From Frankiaceae bacterium (GTDB lineage: Bacteria; Actinomycetota; Actinomycetes; BP-191), in assembly GCA_035556555.1 (NCBI GenBank), contig DATMES010000062.1, positions 1,426-65,425 on the forward strand: a stretch of 64,000 nt of DNA, read 5' to 3'. Shown in pieces: positions 27,394-40,351 of the stretch. The notes under the pieces were generated by a model. The model made no database searches and was not told where the DNA came from. It saw only the letters and a list, made by a program, of their open reading frames with translations. The position numbers were made by a program, and so were the translations under genes. How positions within the stretch are numbered: position 1 is the first letter of the stretch; each line of letters opens with the position of its first letter.

Positions 27394-29979
27394 CTACGAG
27401 CGGCGGCGTAAGCCCCGGCGCGGCTTGAGCGCCGCCGCGAACGCGTCGACCGCCGCCGCCCCCGCGTCCGGGGTCTCCTCCGCCGGCGTCTCCGGAGTCG
27501 CGGGCTCGTCCGGAGCGGGGCCGGTGGCGGCGTCGATGGCCGCCGACGGCGAGGTCACCTCGGGCATGGTGTCGACGGTCGCGCGCGTACGCCGCGCCGG
27601 CGCCTTGCGCGCGGGGCGCAGCGGCGGGTCCACGTGCTCCTCGGGCGCCATGGTGCCCGCGGTGCCCGCGGTGCCCGCGGTGCCCGCGTCGGCGGCGGTG
27701 TCGGGGGTCGGCTCCGTGGCGATCGCGGGCGCCTCGTCGGTCGTGTCCGGCGCGTCGGGCGTCGCCTTGGCCGGCGCCTTCTTGGCAGGCTTGGCGGCCT
27801 TGGCAGCGGCCTTCTTCGCCGGCTTGGCGGGCTTGGCCGCGGCCTTGGCGGCGGGCTTCTTGGCGGCCGCCTTCTTCGCGGCGGGCTTGGCGGCCTTCTT
27901 GGCCGCGGGCTTGGTCGCGCGCTTCGCGGGCTTCGCCGCCTCGACGGGCTCGGCGACGACGCCGCCGTGCGGCTCCGCGACCATCGGCTGCGTCGCCTCG
28001 ATCGGCGGCAGCGCGTCCGACTCGGACTCGGTGTCGGGCGGCGACATCGGGGCGCCTGCCTCGGCGGTCACGACGTCCGGCGCGGGCTCCGGCTCCGCGA
28101 CGGCCTCCGGCTCCGGCGCGGGCTCCGGCTCCGGCGCGGGCTCCGGCTCCGGCGTGGGCTCGGGCGCCACGGGCTCGGGCGCCACGGGCTCGGCGACGAC
28201 GGCCTCGGGCTCGACCGGCTCCGGCGCGGGCTCCGGCTCGACCGGCGCCGACGACACGGGCGGGTTCACCACGAGCGGCACCGGCGGCGGCGGGGCCTCG
28301 CCGGCCTTCGCCCTGCGGTACCGCTCCGCGTCGCGCTTCTGCGCCTGGCGCTCGCGGCTGGTCTGCAGCATGTCGGCGAGGCCGCGGCGCTCGCGTGGCT
28401 TCAGCCCCGACGCGAAGTCGTCCAGTAGCTCGTGCAGCACGCGGTCGCGGGTCTCCTCGAGCTCCTGGTCGCGCGCGGCGAGGTACGACAGCAGCGCCTC
28501 CCCCGCCGACCCGAGCCGGTTGGTGCCCTCGTTGAGCTGGCCGCGCGCGTCGAGCACGGAGTCAGTCGTCTCGCGCAACGACGCCCGCAGCGCCTCGAGC
28601 TCCGTCCGCATCCGGTTGCGGAACTCGTCCAGCTCGGTGGCCGCCGCGGCGTGCGCCTCTTCGACGATCTGCGCCGCGAGGTCGCCCCAGCCCTCCTCCA
28701 TCTTCGCGAGGACGGTCTTGGTCTCGGCCGACGCCTTGGCGAGCGAGGCGATGTGCTTGGACGCACCGTCGAGCTCGTGCGCGTGGACGTCGATGCCGCG
28801 CTTGATCTCGGCGATGCGGCCGGCGGCGGTGCGCTCGTTCTCGACGAGCATCGTCCTGGTCTCCTCGGCGCCGTCGGTGATGGCGGCGATGACCTCCGAA
28901 CGCAGCGCGCCGAGCTCGTCCCGCACCTGCCGGCGTACGCCGTCGAGCAGCTCGCCGAGCTCCGTACGGACCTCGCCCAGCATCGACGTGACCTCGTCGC
29001 GGGTCGCGGCCGCGGCCTCCTGCGACGCCGCGAGCTGCTCGGCGATGGACGCGGCCGTCCGCTCGCCCTGCTCCGTGAGGTCGGAGGCGGTACGCGTGCC
29101 CTGCTCGGCCAGCTGCTCGGCGGTCTCCTGGAGCTGCGCGACGAGCGCGGCCGAGGCCTGCTGCTGCTCGGTGACGAGCCGGTCGACGCGGTCCTCGATG
29201 TTGGTGCCGACCTCGTCGAGGTGGTCGTCGTGGGTGTCGCGCGCCTCGGCGAGCGCCCCGCCGACGGAGGTGCCGAGGGCGGTGAGGCTGCGTTCGACGG
29301 AGCCGGCGAACGCGTCGATGGCGTCGCGTACGGAGCCCGCGAGACCGGCGATCGACTCGCCGAGCCGGGTGACGACCTCGTCGTCGCCCTGCGCCGCGGC
29401 GTCGAGCAGCGTCGCCGCGCTGTCGGCGGTGCGGTCGGCCACGAACTCCCGCAGCTCGTCGGTCCGCGTCTGCAGCGCGCTGGACAGCGTCGCGACGTCG
29501 CGGGCGAGGACGGAGAGGCGTTCGGCGGTGGTGGAGGCGCCGTCGCGGGCGAACGCCTCGAGGCGTTCGGCCACGCCGTCGAGCGTGTCCTCCAGGGCGG
29601 CGAGGCGCGCCTCGACCGGCTGCGTCTGCTCCTCGACGGTGGCGCTCAGCGCGCCGAGCCGCTCGCTGACCGGCGCTACGGCCTCGGCGAGGTCGCCGCG
29701 CAGGTCGTCGCGGAGGTCCGTACGCAGCCGCGCCACGTCCCCGGGCATCGACGACACCGACGACGCGAGCGAGGCGAGGCGGTCGTTGACGGGGGCGACG
29801 GCGCCGGCGAGCTCGTCGGAGAGCGCCGTACGCAGCGCCGCGACCTCGCGCCGCAGCTCCCCCACCGCGTCGAGCAGCTCCTCCTCGGTGCGCGCCTCGG
29901 CGGCCGCCTGGGCGGCGAGCGCCTCGATGCGGCGCGACAGCGCGTCGGGAGCAGCGGTCCCGGCCCAGCCTTCGGTCAT
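27394..29979 (-). CDS. 861-aa coiled-coil protein with C-terminal PEPEPAPEP repeats and Lys/Ala/Pro-rich (AKKAAKPAAKK) HU/histone-H1-like tail
   Basis: ~600 aa of heptad-like E/A/L/R-rich sequence, then low-complexity tails. The tool's 905-aa (+) and 1430-aa (-) ORFs are mirror artefacts of this gene. Confidence 0.7.
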   Translation of the reverse strand: MTEGWAGTAAPDALSRRIEALAAQAAAEARTEEELLDAVGELRREVAALRTALSDELAGAVAPVNDRLASLASSVSSMPGDVARLRTDLRDDLRGDLAEAVAPVSERLGALSATVEEQTQPVEARLAALEDTLDGVAERLEAFARDGASTTAERLSVLARDVATLSSALQTRTDELREFVADRTADSAATLLDAAAQGDDEVVTRLGESIAGLAGSVRDAIDAFAGSVERSLTALGTSVGGALAEARDTHDDHLDEVGTNIEDRVDRLVTEQQQASAALVAQLQETAEQLAEQGTRTASDLTEQGERTAASIAEQLAASQEAAAATRDEVTSMLGEVRTELGELLDGVRRQVRDELGALRSEVIAAITDGAEETRTMLVENERTAAGRIAEIKRGIDVHAHELDGASKHIASLAKASAETKTVLAKMEEGWGDLAAQIVEEAHAAAATELDEFRNRMRTELEALRASLRETTDSVLDARGQLNEGTNRLGSAGEALLSYLAARDQELEETRDRVLHELLDDFASGLKPRERRGLADMLQTSRERQAQKRDAERYRRAKAGEAPPPPVPLVVNPPVSSAPVEPEPAPEPVEPEAVVAEPVAPEPVAPEPTPEPEPAPEPEPAPEPEAVAEPEPAPDVVTAEAGAPMSPPDTESESDALPPIEATQPMVAEPHGGVVAEPVEAAKPAKRATKPAAKKAAKPAAKKAAAKKPAAKAAAKPAKPAKKAAAKAAKPAKKAPAKATPDAPDTTDEAPAIATEPTPDTAADAGTAGTAGTAGTMAPEEHVDPPLRPARKAPARRTRATVDTMPEVTSPSAAIDAATGPAPDEPATPETPAEETPDAGAAAVDAFAAALKPRRGLRRRS

Positions 29980-30064
29980 GTGTAACCCCGGTCCTCGGGC
30001 CGGCGCAGCGCGCCGGGCAGGCTCGCCGCGAGTATAGGAAGCGACACCCCCCGCTGAGCCGCAA

Positions 30065-30703
30065 ATGCGAGGCTTGGCCCGGCCGTGTCTCGTACCCCTT
30101 CCGACCCCGAGAGGAGACCCGCTGCGCGCCGACGACCTGCCTGCCGACGTGCTGGACGCCGCGCGCCGCGGCGATCCGGCGGGGATCGAGGCGGTCTACC
30201 GGCGGTACGCGCCCGCCGTCCTGGCGTGGTTCCGCGCCCGGCTCGGCGACGGGCACCTCGCGGAGGACCTGACCGGGGACGCGTTCGTGGCGGTCATCGC
30301 GGCGCTGCCGCGCTACACGGGCGGGCCCGAGGCGTTCGCCGGCTGGCTGTTCACGCTGGTGCGCCGCGACTTCGTCGACCACCTGCGCCGTACGGCGCGC
30401 AGGCCGGAGACGCCGGTGTCCGAGCCCCAGACCGGCGAGACCGTACGGGACACCGCCGACGAGGTCGTCGAACGCGCCGAGTCCGACCGCGTCCGCGCCG
30501 CCCTCGCCCAGCTCTCGCCGGACCAGCAGGAGGTCCTCGTGCTGCGCGTCGTCGCCGGCCTGACGACGCCAGAGGTGGCCGAGGCGACCGGCCGTACCGT
30601 CGGCGCCGTCAAGGCGCTCCAGCACCGCGGCCTCGACAGCCTGGGGCGGCTGCTCGGCAAGGAGCCGGACCCGTATCCCCGCAAGGCGAGCAGGCGCCTG
30701 TAG
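30065..30703 (+). CDS. ECF (sigma-70 family) RNA polymerase sigma factor
   Basis: Region 2 (...FVAVIAALPRYTGGPEAFAGWLFTLVRRDFVDHLRR) and region 4 HTH (LSPDQQEVLVLRVVAGLTTPEVAEATGRTVGAVKALQHRGL). The true start may be downstream of 30065. Confidence 0.8.
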   Translation: MRGLARPCLVPLPTPRGDPLRADDLPADVLDAARRGDPAGIEAVYRRYAPAVLAWFRARLGDGHLAEDLTGDAFVAVIAALPRYTGGPEAFAGWLFTLVRRDFVDHLRRTARRPETPVSEPQTGETVRDTADEVVERAESDRVRAALAQLSPDQQEVLVLRVVAGLTTPEVAEATGRTVGAVKALQHRGLDSLGRLLGKEPDPYPRKASRRL

Positions 30704-30706
30704 CGC

Positions 30707-31461
30707 GTGCCGTACGACGAGGACCTTCCGGAGCAGGCCGACGCGCTGTACGCGCTCGACGTGCCCGAGGACCTGGCGCGGCAGCACCTGGCGCGGCTCA
30801 CGGCCGTGCGCGTCGCCCCCGTGGTCCCGCTCCGCCGCCGCCGCGCGTCGCTGCGAGCCACCGCCGCCGGCCTCGTCGTCGGCGCCACGCTCGTCTCCGG
30901 CGCGGGCGTCGCCGCCGCCGGCAGCGCGCAGCCCGGCGACGCCCTCTACGGCGTCAAGACCGCCCGCGAACGCCTCCAGCTCACGATGGCCCGCCCCGGC
31001 GAGAGCCGCGCGCGCCTCGAGCTCAAGCTCGCCCGCACCCGCCTCGGCGAGGCGGCGGGGCTGCTGCGCAAGGGCAAGACCGGCCGCGCCATCGAGACGC
31101 TGGCCCGCGCCGACGCGGCGCTCGCCTCGGCCGGCGCGCACGGCAGCGCGCAGGTGGACGCCGAGGTCGCGACCGAGCTCGACCGCCGCGTCGAGGTGCT
31201 GAGCGGGCTGCTCTCCGGCGGCCTGCCGGAGACCGCCTCCGACGCCGCCCGCGAGGCGCTCGAACGCGCCATCGCCCGCGGGGGCCGCCACCGTTCCGCC
31301 GAGGCTCCTGGCCGCTCCGGCGACAAGCCGGGCAAGGGCGAGGCGCCCGTCGTCCGGCCCACCGACGTCCCGTCGACGGCGCCCACCGCGCCGCCATCGG
31401 GCAAGCCGGGCCGCGGCAACCACCCGACCGGCAAGCCGACCGCGCCGCCAGGGCAGTCGCG

Positions 31462-31465
<4 letters not shown>
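30707..31465 (+). CDS. Putative anti-sigma factor (single TM, DUF5667-like)
   Basis: GTG start 4 nt after the sigma stop; one TM ([20 protein letters not shown]); Pro/Gly-rich C-terminus. Confidence 0.45.
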
Positions 31466-33945
<2,480 letters not shown>

Positions 33946-33955
33946 GCGCGCCAGC

Positions 33956-34744
33956 CTACGTGCCCTCGTCCTGGGTGGCCGCGCCCTCCAGGACGGCGAG
34001 GTCGCGCTCGGCGAACTGGCGGTGCCACCACTCCTCGTTGAGCACGATGGACAGGCACTCCTTCACCGGGAACGTGCTCCCCTCCGGGGGCCAGCCGGCG
34101 CCGACGAGGGGAGCGGTCTCGCCGGCGAGGCGTCCGTCGGTGAGCTCGTCCACGACGCCGCGGACCAGCGCCATCGCCTGATGCCGCAACGCCAGCGCCT
34201 CCTCCAGCGACGGGCGGGCGTCGCGGTCGTGCGGCATGCCGGGCACCGCCGGCGCGGTGTCCCACGGCAGCGAGAGCGGGTGCCACGGGTTCGGGTCGCC
34301 GAGGACGCAGCGCCCGATCCACGACTCGCTGGCGAACGCCAGGTGCCGCAGCGTCTGCACGAACGACCACTCCCCGCCCACCGACTCGTGGAGCCGGTCC
34401 TCGCCGAGCCTGCGCGCGCGCTCGACGGTGGCCGCCCAGAGGCGCTCGTTGACGTCCCACGCGTCGCGGAACCCGTCCGCCGTCGTCGGCCGGAACTTCG
34501 GCCGGTCGGGGTGCCGCCGGTCGAGCTCGGCGTCGACGAGCGGGGCGACGTCGACACCGTTGATGACGAGGCTCTGGATCTCGCCGTTGATCACGACGTC
34601 CGAGAACTCGACGCCGTGCATCCGTACGCGGTACAGGTCCGCGTTGCGGATCGTGACGTCGTTGAGCAGCACCGTCGTGAAGCGCGAGCCGGACATGTCC
34701 ACCCGCTCGAACTCGCTGCCGGTGAGGTCCTGGAAGCCGTCCAT
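33956..34744 (-). CDS. Pentapeptide-repeat plus DinB_2-like (mycothiol maleylpyruvate isomerase N-terminal-like) protein
   Basis: Real start [40 protein letters not shown] (A(D/N)LxX pentapeptides) at ATG 34744. The tool ORF's upstream 470 aa look wrong-frame. Confidence 0.6.
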   Translation of the reverse strand: MDGFQDLTGSEFERVDMSGSRFTTVLLNDVTIRNADLYRVRMHGVEFSDVVINGEIQSLVINGVDVAPLVDAELDRRHPDRPKFRPTTADGFRDAWDVNERLWAATVERARRLGEDRLHESVGGEWSFVQTLRHLAFASESWIGRCVLGDPNPWHPLSLPWDTAPAVPGMPHDRDARPSLEEALALRHQAMALVRGVVDELTDGRLAGETAPLVGAGWPPEGSTFPVKECLSIVLNEEWWHRQFAERDLAVLEGAATQDEGT

Positions 34745-34758
34745 GGCCGGGAGGCTAC

Positions 34759-35985
34759 CTACCGCGTCGTCGCCACGACGACCGCCGCGAACGTCGTCAG
34801 GTAGACCGTGTACGCCGCCGGGTCCCGCGCGCGCACACCGCGCACCCGCCGCGCCACGACCCACGCGGCCGCGAGCGCGCCGAGCAGCAGGACGGCGTAC
34901 GCCAGCGCCTGCTGCACCGCCGTACCCCACGGGTTGACGTCGACCGCCTGCCCGTCGCCCAGCGGTCCGAGCAGGCGCCAGCCCCTGTCGAACGGGTCCG
35001 TCGCCAGCCGCGGCACGAGCTGCGCCGCCACCATCGCGCGGCGCAGCACCGTCGCGACGGCCGTCGCGGCGACCATGGGCACCAGCGCCACGGCGACGCT
35101 GCCCGCGGCGCCGCGGCGGACGGCCCAGCGCTCGGCCGCGTACGCCAGCGCCCCGCCGGCCACGACGGCGGCCACGGCACCGCCGCGGTTCCACAGCGCG
35201 GCCGACTCCGACAGCGCGACCCGGCCCCAGGTCGCGCCGAGCCGCAACCGGGCGAACGCCACCCCGCCGAACACCGCGCCGAGCAGCACGGCCGCGCCGG
35301 CCGGGGGTGTCCACCAGATGAGGCCGCGTCTGAGCAGCCCGGTCCAGGTCACGACGAGCCCGACCGCGTCGGCGCGCGCGAGCCAGCGCGCGCGCCCGAG
35401 CGCCACGGCGCCCGCGACGAGGACCAGCGTGTACGCCGCCAGGGCGATGCCGAGCGTGCGCGGGGGGACGGACACGGCGTACCAGCCCAGGAACAGCGCC
35501 CAGCCCGCGCCGAGCGCCACGGCCGGCCACACGGACGGCCCCGCATGCGCCTCCGCCGGTGGCCCGGGCCCGCCCGGCGGGTCCCCTCGCGTGTCGCCCG
35601 GCGGGTTGCCAGGGGGCGCGGCGAGGCGTTCGGCAGCGCCGAGCGCCCACCACGGGTCCACCGCCCGCCACACCAGCGGCCCCACCAGCACCGCGGACAC
35701 CAGGAGCAAAGGCCAGACGAGGTGGACGACCGCCACCGCCGCGAGGTTGTCCGGCTCGTCGACCGGTCCCACCCGCGCCACCACCACGAGCAGCAGCAGC
35801 ACCAGGGCCGACAGCAGGCGGGGCACCCAGAGCCACGCGGGCTCCGTACGCGCCACGACAGCCGCCCCGCCCGACGCCCGCACCCGCGTCACCAGGACGG
35901 CAGCCAGGAACACCGCCACCGCCGCGAGCAGGAGCGGCGGGACGGGCAGCGGTGGCGACCCGGTGAGCGGGTGTGCGACGAGCAT
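34759..35985 (-). CDS. Polytopic membrane protein of unknown function
   Basis: Multiple TM helices. Start taken at ATG 35985 (MLVAHPLTG...) because the preceding codons are AT-richer and non-coding-like. Confidence 0.5.
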   Translation of the reverse strand: MLVAHPLTGSPPLPVPPLLLAAVAVFLAAVLVTRVRASGGAAVVARTEPAWLWVPRLLSALVLLLLVVVARVGPVDEPDNLAAVAVVHLVWPLLLVSAVLVGPLVWRAVDPWWALGAAERLAAPPGNPPGDTRGDPPGGPGPPAEAHAGPSVWPAVALGAGWALFLGWYAVSVPPRTLGIALAAYTLVLVAGAVALGRARWLARADAVGLVVTWTGLLRRGLIWWTPPAGAAVLLGAVFGGVAFARLRLGATWGRVALSESAALWNRGGAVAAVVAGGALAYAAERWAVRRGAAGSVAVALVPMVAATAVATVLRRAMVAAQLVPRLATDPFDRGWRLLGPLGDGQAVDVNPWGTAVQQALAYAVLLLGALAAAWVVARRVRGVRARDPAAYTVYLTTFAAVVVATTR

Positions 35986-36087
35986 GCGAGGGACCGTACT
36001 TCCCCCCTGTGACAAAAACGGGATGAAGGGGTGCAATAGGTTCGCGCCGAAAGGGGAAGAAGAGCATCACCCCTACCGGAGGCCCCA

Positions 36088-38082
36088 GTGTCGTCTCGTC
36101 CTGCCCGCATAGCGGCCGCCGCGTTCGCGTGCACGCTGCTCGCTGCCATGGCACCGCCCGTCAGCGCTGACCACACCAACCCCGCCGCGCCCCTCGCGCC
36201 GATCAACGACCTCGGCGGCGAGAACGTCAGCGACGGCGAGGGCACGTGGACCCACATCAAGAACTTCGGCGGTGCCACGGTGACCGGCACCGACCTCGAG
36301 TTCTTCCACAGGGACGGCGTCATGTACGCCTCCGGCGGCCAGCTCGGGCAGGCCAGCGGCGTCAGCGTCGGGCAGCGCGTCCTCAAGCTCGTCGACGCCG
36401 ACGGCGAGGTCAACCCCGAGTGGGTGGCCGACCACGGCTCGGCGTCCTGCGGCGACGTGACCAACGTCAGCGCCACGACCGGCCTCCAGCACGACGTCCA
36501 GGTCACGCCGAGGGCGACCAACCTGCTCGACGCGAGCGTGAAGCCGGACGCCGAGATCATCGTCGACACGGTCGACGCGCTGGGCCGCTGCCACGACGCG
36601 GCCGGCGGCGGGCTCGAGCTCGTCGACGTCAGCGGGCTCGGCACGGCCGGCTTCCTGCCTCGCGAGGTCCACCTGACCCGCCACAACGGCTACAGCCACA
36701 CGGTCACGGTCGACGCGACCCGCCCGTGGATCGTCTACAACAGCACGTCCGACTTCGGCTCCGACCCCGACTCCGAGAGCCCCCTCGGCATCGGCAAGTC
36801 GTGGATCGACGTCCTCGACATCCGTACGTGCCTCGGGCACACCGGCAAGACGCTGGCGCAGAAGCGCGAGCTGTGCCGGCCGCTGGTCTACCGGATCCCG
36901 TTCGAGTACGAGTGGTCGACCCAGGAGAAGGAGAACAGCGGCGGCAAGCGCCAGCCGAGCGCCTGCCACGACATCACGACGCGGCCCGGCAAGCTCTACT
37001 GCGCCGCGCTGAACGCCACCATCGCGTTCGACGTCACGGGCCTCACCGAGGCGCAGGGCCCCGAGGTCCCGCACCCGGACGACCCCGCGGGCACCATCAA
37101 GGGCACGCCGCTGCCGTGCGAGGTCAAGGACGCGGTCCCCGCGCAGAACACCGGCCCCACGGGCGCCAAGGTCACCGACTGCGCGCTCGGCGACCCCAAC
37201 GACGCCGTGAAGTCGATCCAGGCATGGATCGACGAGGGCAAGCCGCAGGCGCAGGGCTGGAAGCACCTCGGCCACGTCAACCACCCCGGCCGCGAGTGCA
37301 ACGCGCCCAACGGCGCCAGCACCTGCAACACCAACCTCGTCACCCCCTCGACCGAGGGCGTCGCGGTCTCGCACGAGTCCGACCCGTCGCCGGGCGGCCG
37401 CTACCTGTTCGTCACGGACGAGCGCGGCGGCGGCATCGTCCCGCCGGGCGCGACGTGCGCGCCGAGCCTCGACAACCCGTACGGCAACGGCGGCCTCCAC
37501 GTCTTCGACATGACGGCGAAGGACGAGGAGGGGCGGTTCACGTACGCCGAGATGGCCGAGGGCGGCAAGGCCGTCTTCGTCGCGAAGAACAGCCTGCCGA
37601 CGGCGACGTTCTGCACGATCCACGTCATCGAGCAGATCCCCGACGAGCAGCGCATCATCGCCGCCTGGTACACGCAGGGCGTCAAGGTCATCGACTACGA
37701 GATCGACGACGAGGGCAAGTGGACGTTCACCGAGGTGGCGTCGTACACGCTGCTGCCCAACGACATCTGGGCCGCGGAGGCGTTCAAGATCGTCGACAAC
37801 GACGACGACACGCGGACGTACTACTTCCTCTCGAACGACGTGAAGCGCGGTCTCGACGTCTTCTCGTGGACCGGCCCGAAGGGCCCCTCGCTGCAGGTCG
37901 AGGGCGCCGCGGCGAAGCCGCCGATCAAGCCGACCACCCCCCGCGAGGACACCGACGACGAGGACACCGACACCGGCACGCCTCCGCTGGCGACCACCGG
38001 CACCGACCTGACGCTGCTCGCGTTCGCGCTGGTGCTGCTGCCCGCGGCGGTCGTGGTCCGGCGCCGGCTCGCGAGGTCGTAG
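36088..38082 (+). CDS. Cell-surface protein with C-terminal LAXTG sorting signal (class E sortase substrate), beta-propeller-like ectodomain
   Basis: Signal peptide; C-terminus ...TPPLATTGTDLTLLAFALVLLPAAVVVRRRLARS = LATTG + hydrophobic + RRR tail. Confidence 0.7.
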   Translation: MSSRPARIAAAAFACTLLAAMAPPVSADHTNPAAPLAPINDLGGENVSDGEGTWTHIKNFGGATVTGTDLEFFHRDGVMYASGGQLGQASGVSVGQRVLKLVDADGEVNPEWVADHGSASCGDVTNVSATTGLQHDVQVTPRATNLLDASVKPDAEIIVDTVDALGRCHDAAGGGLELVDVSGLGTAGFLPREVHLTRHNGYSHTVTVDATRPWIVYNSTSDFGSDPDSESPLGIGKSWIDVLDIRTCLGHTGKTLAQKRELCRPLVYRIPFEYEWSTQEKENSGGKRQPSACHDITTRPGKLYCAALNATIAFDVTGLTEAQGPEVPHPDDPAGTIKGTPLPCEVKDAVPAQNTGPTGAKVTDCALGDPNDAVKSIQAWIDEGKPQAQGWKHLGHVNHPGRECNAPNGASTCNTNLVTPSTEGVAVSHESDPSPGGRYLFVTDERGGGIVPPGATCAPSLDNPYGNGGLHVFDMTAKDEEGRFTYAEMAEGGKAVFVAKNSLPTATFCTIHVIEQIPDEQRIIAAWYTQGVKVIDYEIDDEGKWTFTEVASYTLLPNDIWAAEAFKIVDNDDDTRTYYFLSNDVKRGLDVFSWTGPKGPSLQVEGAAAKPPIKPTTPREDTDDEDTDTGTPPLATTGTDLTLLAFALVLLPAAVVVRRRLARS

Positions 38083-38091
38083 CCTGACCGC

Positions 38092-38973
38092 GTGATCGTC
38101 GTACTCGCCGGCGGCGTCGGGGCCGCGCGGTTCCTGCGCGGGCTGCTCGCCGTCACCTCCGAGGAGGTCGTCGTCGTCGGCAACACCGGCGACGACATCA
38201 CCCTCCACGGGCTGCGCGTCTGCCCCGACCTCGACACCGTCCTGTACACGCTCGGCGACGGCATCCACGAGGAGCAGGGGTGGGGGCGCGCGGACGAGAC
38301 GTACGCCGTGGCGGCCGAGCTGGCGGCGTACGGCGAGCCGACGTGGTTCCGCCTCGGCGACCGTGACCTCGCGACCCATCTCGTACGGCGCAGGCTCCTC
38401 GACGAGGGGCTGCCGCTGTCGGCCGTGACGGCGCGGCTCGCGCAGAGGTGGCGGCTGCCTGTGACGCTGCTGCCGATGACGGACGCGTACGTCGAGACGC
38501 GGGTCGTCGCGGACGGCCGCGAGATGCACTTCCAGGAGTACTGGGTGGGGCTGCGCGCGGCCGTGCCGGTGGAACGCGTCTGGCTGGCCGGGGCGGAGGA
38601 CGCGACCCCGGCGCCCGGCGTGCTGGAGGCAATCGCGGCCGCCGACACGATCCTGCTGCCGCCGTCGAACCCCGTCGTCAGCATCGGCACGATCCTCTCG
38701 GTGCCGGGCATCCGTGACGCGGTGCTCGCCGCGCCCGCGCGCAAGGTCGGCGTCTCGCCGATCATCGGCGGCGCACCCGTCCGCGGCATGGCCGACCGGA
38801 TGCTCGCGGCGATCGGCGTCGAGTGCACCGCGACCGCGGTCGCCGCGCACTACGGCTTCCTCGACACGTGGCTGGTCGACCCCGTCGACGCGGCACCCGG
38901 CTTCCGCGCCGTACCCCTCTGGATGAACGACCTCGAGTCCACCGCCGCCATCGCGAAGGCCGCGCTGCTGTGA
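38092..38973 (+). CDS. fbiA: 2-phospho-L-lactate transferase (CofD)
   Basis: [18 protein letters not shown]...GNTGDD...[14 protein letters not shown], the CofD pattern. Confidence 0.9.
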   Translation: MIVVLAGGVGAARFLRGLLAVTSEEVVVVGNTGDDITLHGLRVCPDLDTVLYTLGDGIHEEQGWGRADETYAVAAELAAYGEPTWFRLGDRDLATHLVRRRLLDEGLPLSAVTARLAQRWRLPVTLLPMTDAYVETRVVADGREMHFQEYWVGLRAAVPVERVWLAGAEDATPAPGVLEAIAAADTILLPPSNPVVSIGTILSVPGIRDAVLAAPARKVGVSPIIGGAPVRGMADRMLAAIGVECTATAVAAHYGFLDTWLVDPVDAAPGFRAVPLWMNDLESTAAIAKAALL

Positions 38974-40265
38974 CGTACACCGTCACCGGCGTCTCGGGGC
39001 TGCCCGAGGTGCGGGAAGGCGACGACCTGGCGGCGCTGCTGGACGACGTTGATCTGCGCGACGGCGACGTCGTCGTCGTGACGAGCAAGGTCGTGAGCAA
39101 GGCCGAGGGCCGGCTGGTGGAGGTGACCGGCACGGCCGAGGAGCGCGAGGAGCAGCGGCAGGCGCTCATCGACGCGGAGTCGGTCCGCGAGGTCGCCCGG
39201 CGCGGGCCGACGCGCATCGTCGAGACGCGGCACGGCTTCGTCCTCGCCAGCGCCGGCGTCGACACGAGCAACGTCGACCGCGACGTCATCGCCCTGCTCC
39301 CCCTCGACCCCGACGAGAGCGCGCGACGGCTGCGTGACGGCATCGCCGTACGCCGCGGTGTCGACGTCGCGGTGGTCGTGAGCGACACGTTCGGGCGGCC
39401 GTGGCGCAAGGGCCTGACCGACGTCGCGATCGGCGTCGCGGGCATGGGCGCGGTGCGCGACTTCGTCGGGCAGAGCGACGCGTACGGCAACGAGCTCGCC
39501 ATGACGCAGGTCGCCGAGGCCGACGAGATCGCCGCCGCCGCGGAGCTCGTCATGGGCAAGCTGTCCGGCGTGCCGGTGGCCGTGGTGCGCGGCGTCGTAC
39601 CGCCGCCCGACGACGGCCTCGGCGCGAAGGCGATGCTGCGGTCGGCCGCCGAGGACATGTTCCGTACGGGCACCGACGAGGTCGTGACGTCGCGGCGTAC
39701 GGTGCGGGCGTTCCTCCCCGACCGCGTCGACCCCGCGCTGCTGCAGCGCGCGATCGCGGCGGCCGTCACCGCGCCGGCGCCGCACCACACGACGCCGTGG
39801 CGGTTCGTGCTCGTGGACACCGACGAGGCGCGGACGGCGCTGCTGTCGGCGATGCGCGCGGCGTGGGTCGAGGACCTGACGGCCGACGGCCTTGACCCCG
39901 AGCGGATCGCACGACGACTGGCGAAGTCGGACGCGCTGCTGGGCGCGGCGCCGTACCTCGTCGTGCCGTGTCTGGTCACCGAGGGCGCGCACGACTACCC
40001 CGACGAGCGGCGGCGTACGGCGGAGCGCGAGATGTTCCTCGTGTCGATGGGCGCGGCCGTCGAGAACCTGCTGCTCGCGCTGTCCGCCAGTGGTCTCGGC
40101 GCGTGCTGGGTCAGCTCGACGATGTTCTGCCAGGACCCCGTACGCCGCGCGCTCGGCCTGCCCGCGGAGTGGGACCCCATGGGCGCGATCGCCGTGGGCA
40201 AGCCGGCTTCGGCGCCGCCGCCGCGGCCGCCGAGAGACCCGCGGCGGTTCGTCGTCGAGCGTTAG
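38970..40265 (+). CDS. fbiB: F420-0:gamma-glutamyl ligase (CofE) fused to nitroreductase-like domain
   Basis: GTG start overlapping the fbiA stop (GTGA). N-terminal CofE (...[13 protein letters not shown]...) and C-terminal NADH-oxidase/nitroreductase-like half. Confidence 0.85.
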   Translation: MTYTVTGVSGLPEVREGDDLAALLDDVDLRDGDVVVVTSKVVSKAEGRLVEVTGTAEEREEQRQALIDAESVREVARRGPTRIVETRHGFVLASAGVDTSNVDRDVIALLPLDPDESARRLRDGIAVRRGVDVAVVVSDTFGRPWRKGLTDVAIGVAGMGAVRDFVGQSDAYGNELAMTQVAEADEIAAAAELVMGKLSGVPVAVVRGVVPPPDDGLGAKAMLRSAAEDMFRTGTDEVVTSRRTVRAFLPDRVDPALLQRAIAAAVTAPAPHHTTPWRFVLVDTDEARTALLSAMRAAWVEDLTADGLDPERIARRLAKSDALLGAAPYLVVPCLVTEGAHDYPDERRRTAEREMFLVSMGAAVENLLLALSASGLGACWVSSTMFCQDPVRRALGLPAEWDPMGAIAVGKPASAPPPRPPRDPRRFVVER

Positions 40266-40296
40266 CTCACGCAACGAGGCGGTCATTGCCTCCGAG

Positions 40297-40351
40297 TGTT
40301 CCGCAAAGTACTGTGTTCCGCATGGTGCGGAACATGGCTATTCGCGGAACG
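40297..40351. promoter_or_regulatory. Operator-like array of four 9-bp half sites: TGTTCCGCA (40297), TGTTCCGCA (40314), TGCGGAACA (40326), CGCGGAACG (40343); inner pair forms a perfect palindrome, outer pair mirrors it at 17-bp spacing
   Basis: Read directly; symmetric about ~40324. Overlaps the first two in-frame ATGs (40322, 40334) of the downstream gene. Confidence 0.55.
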
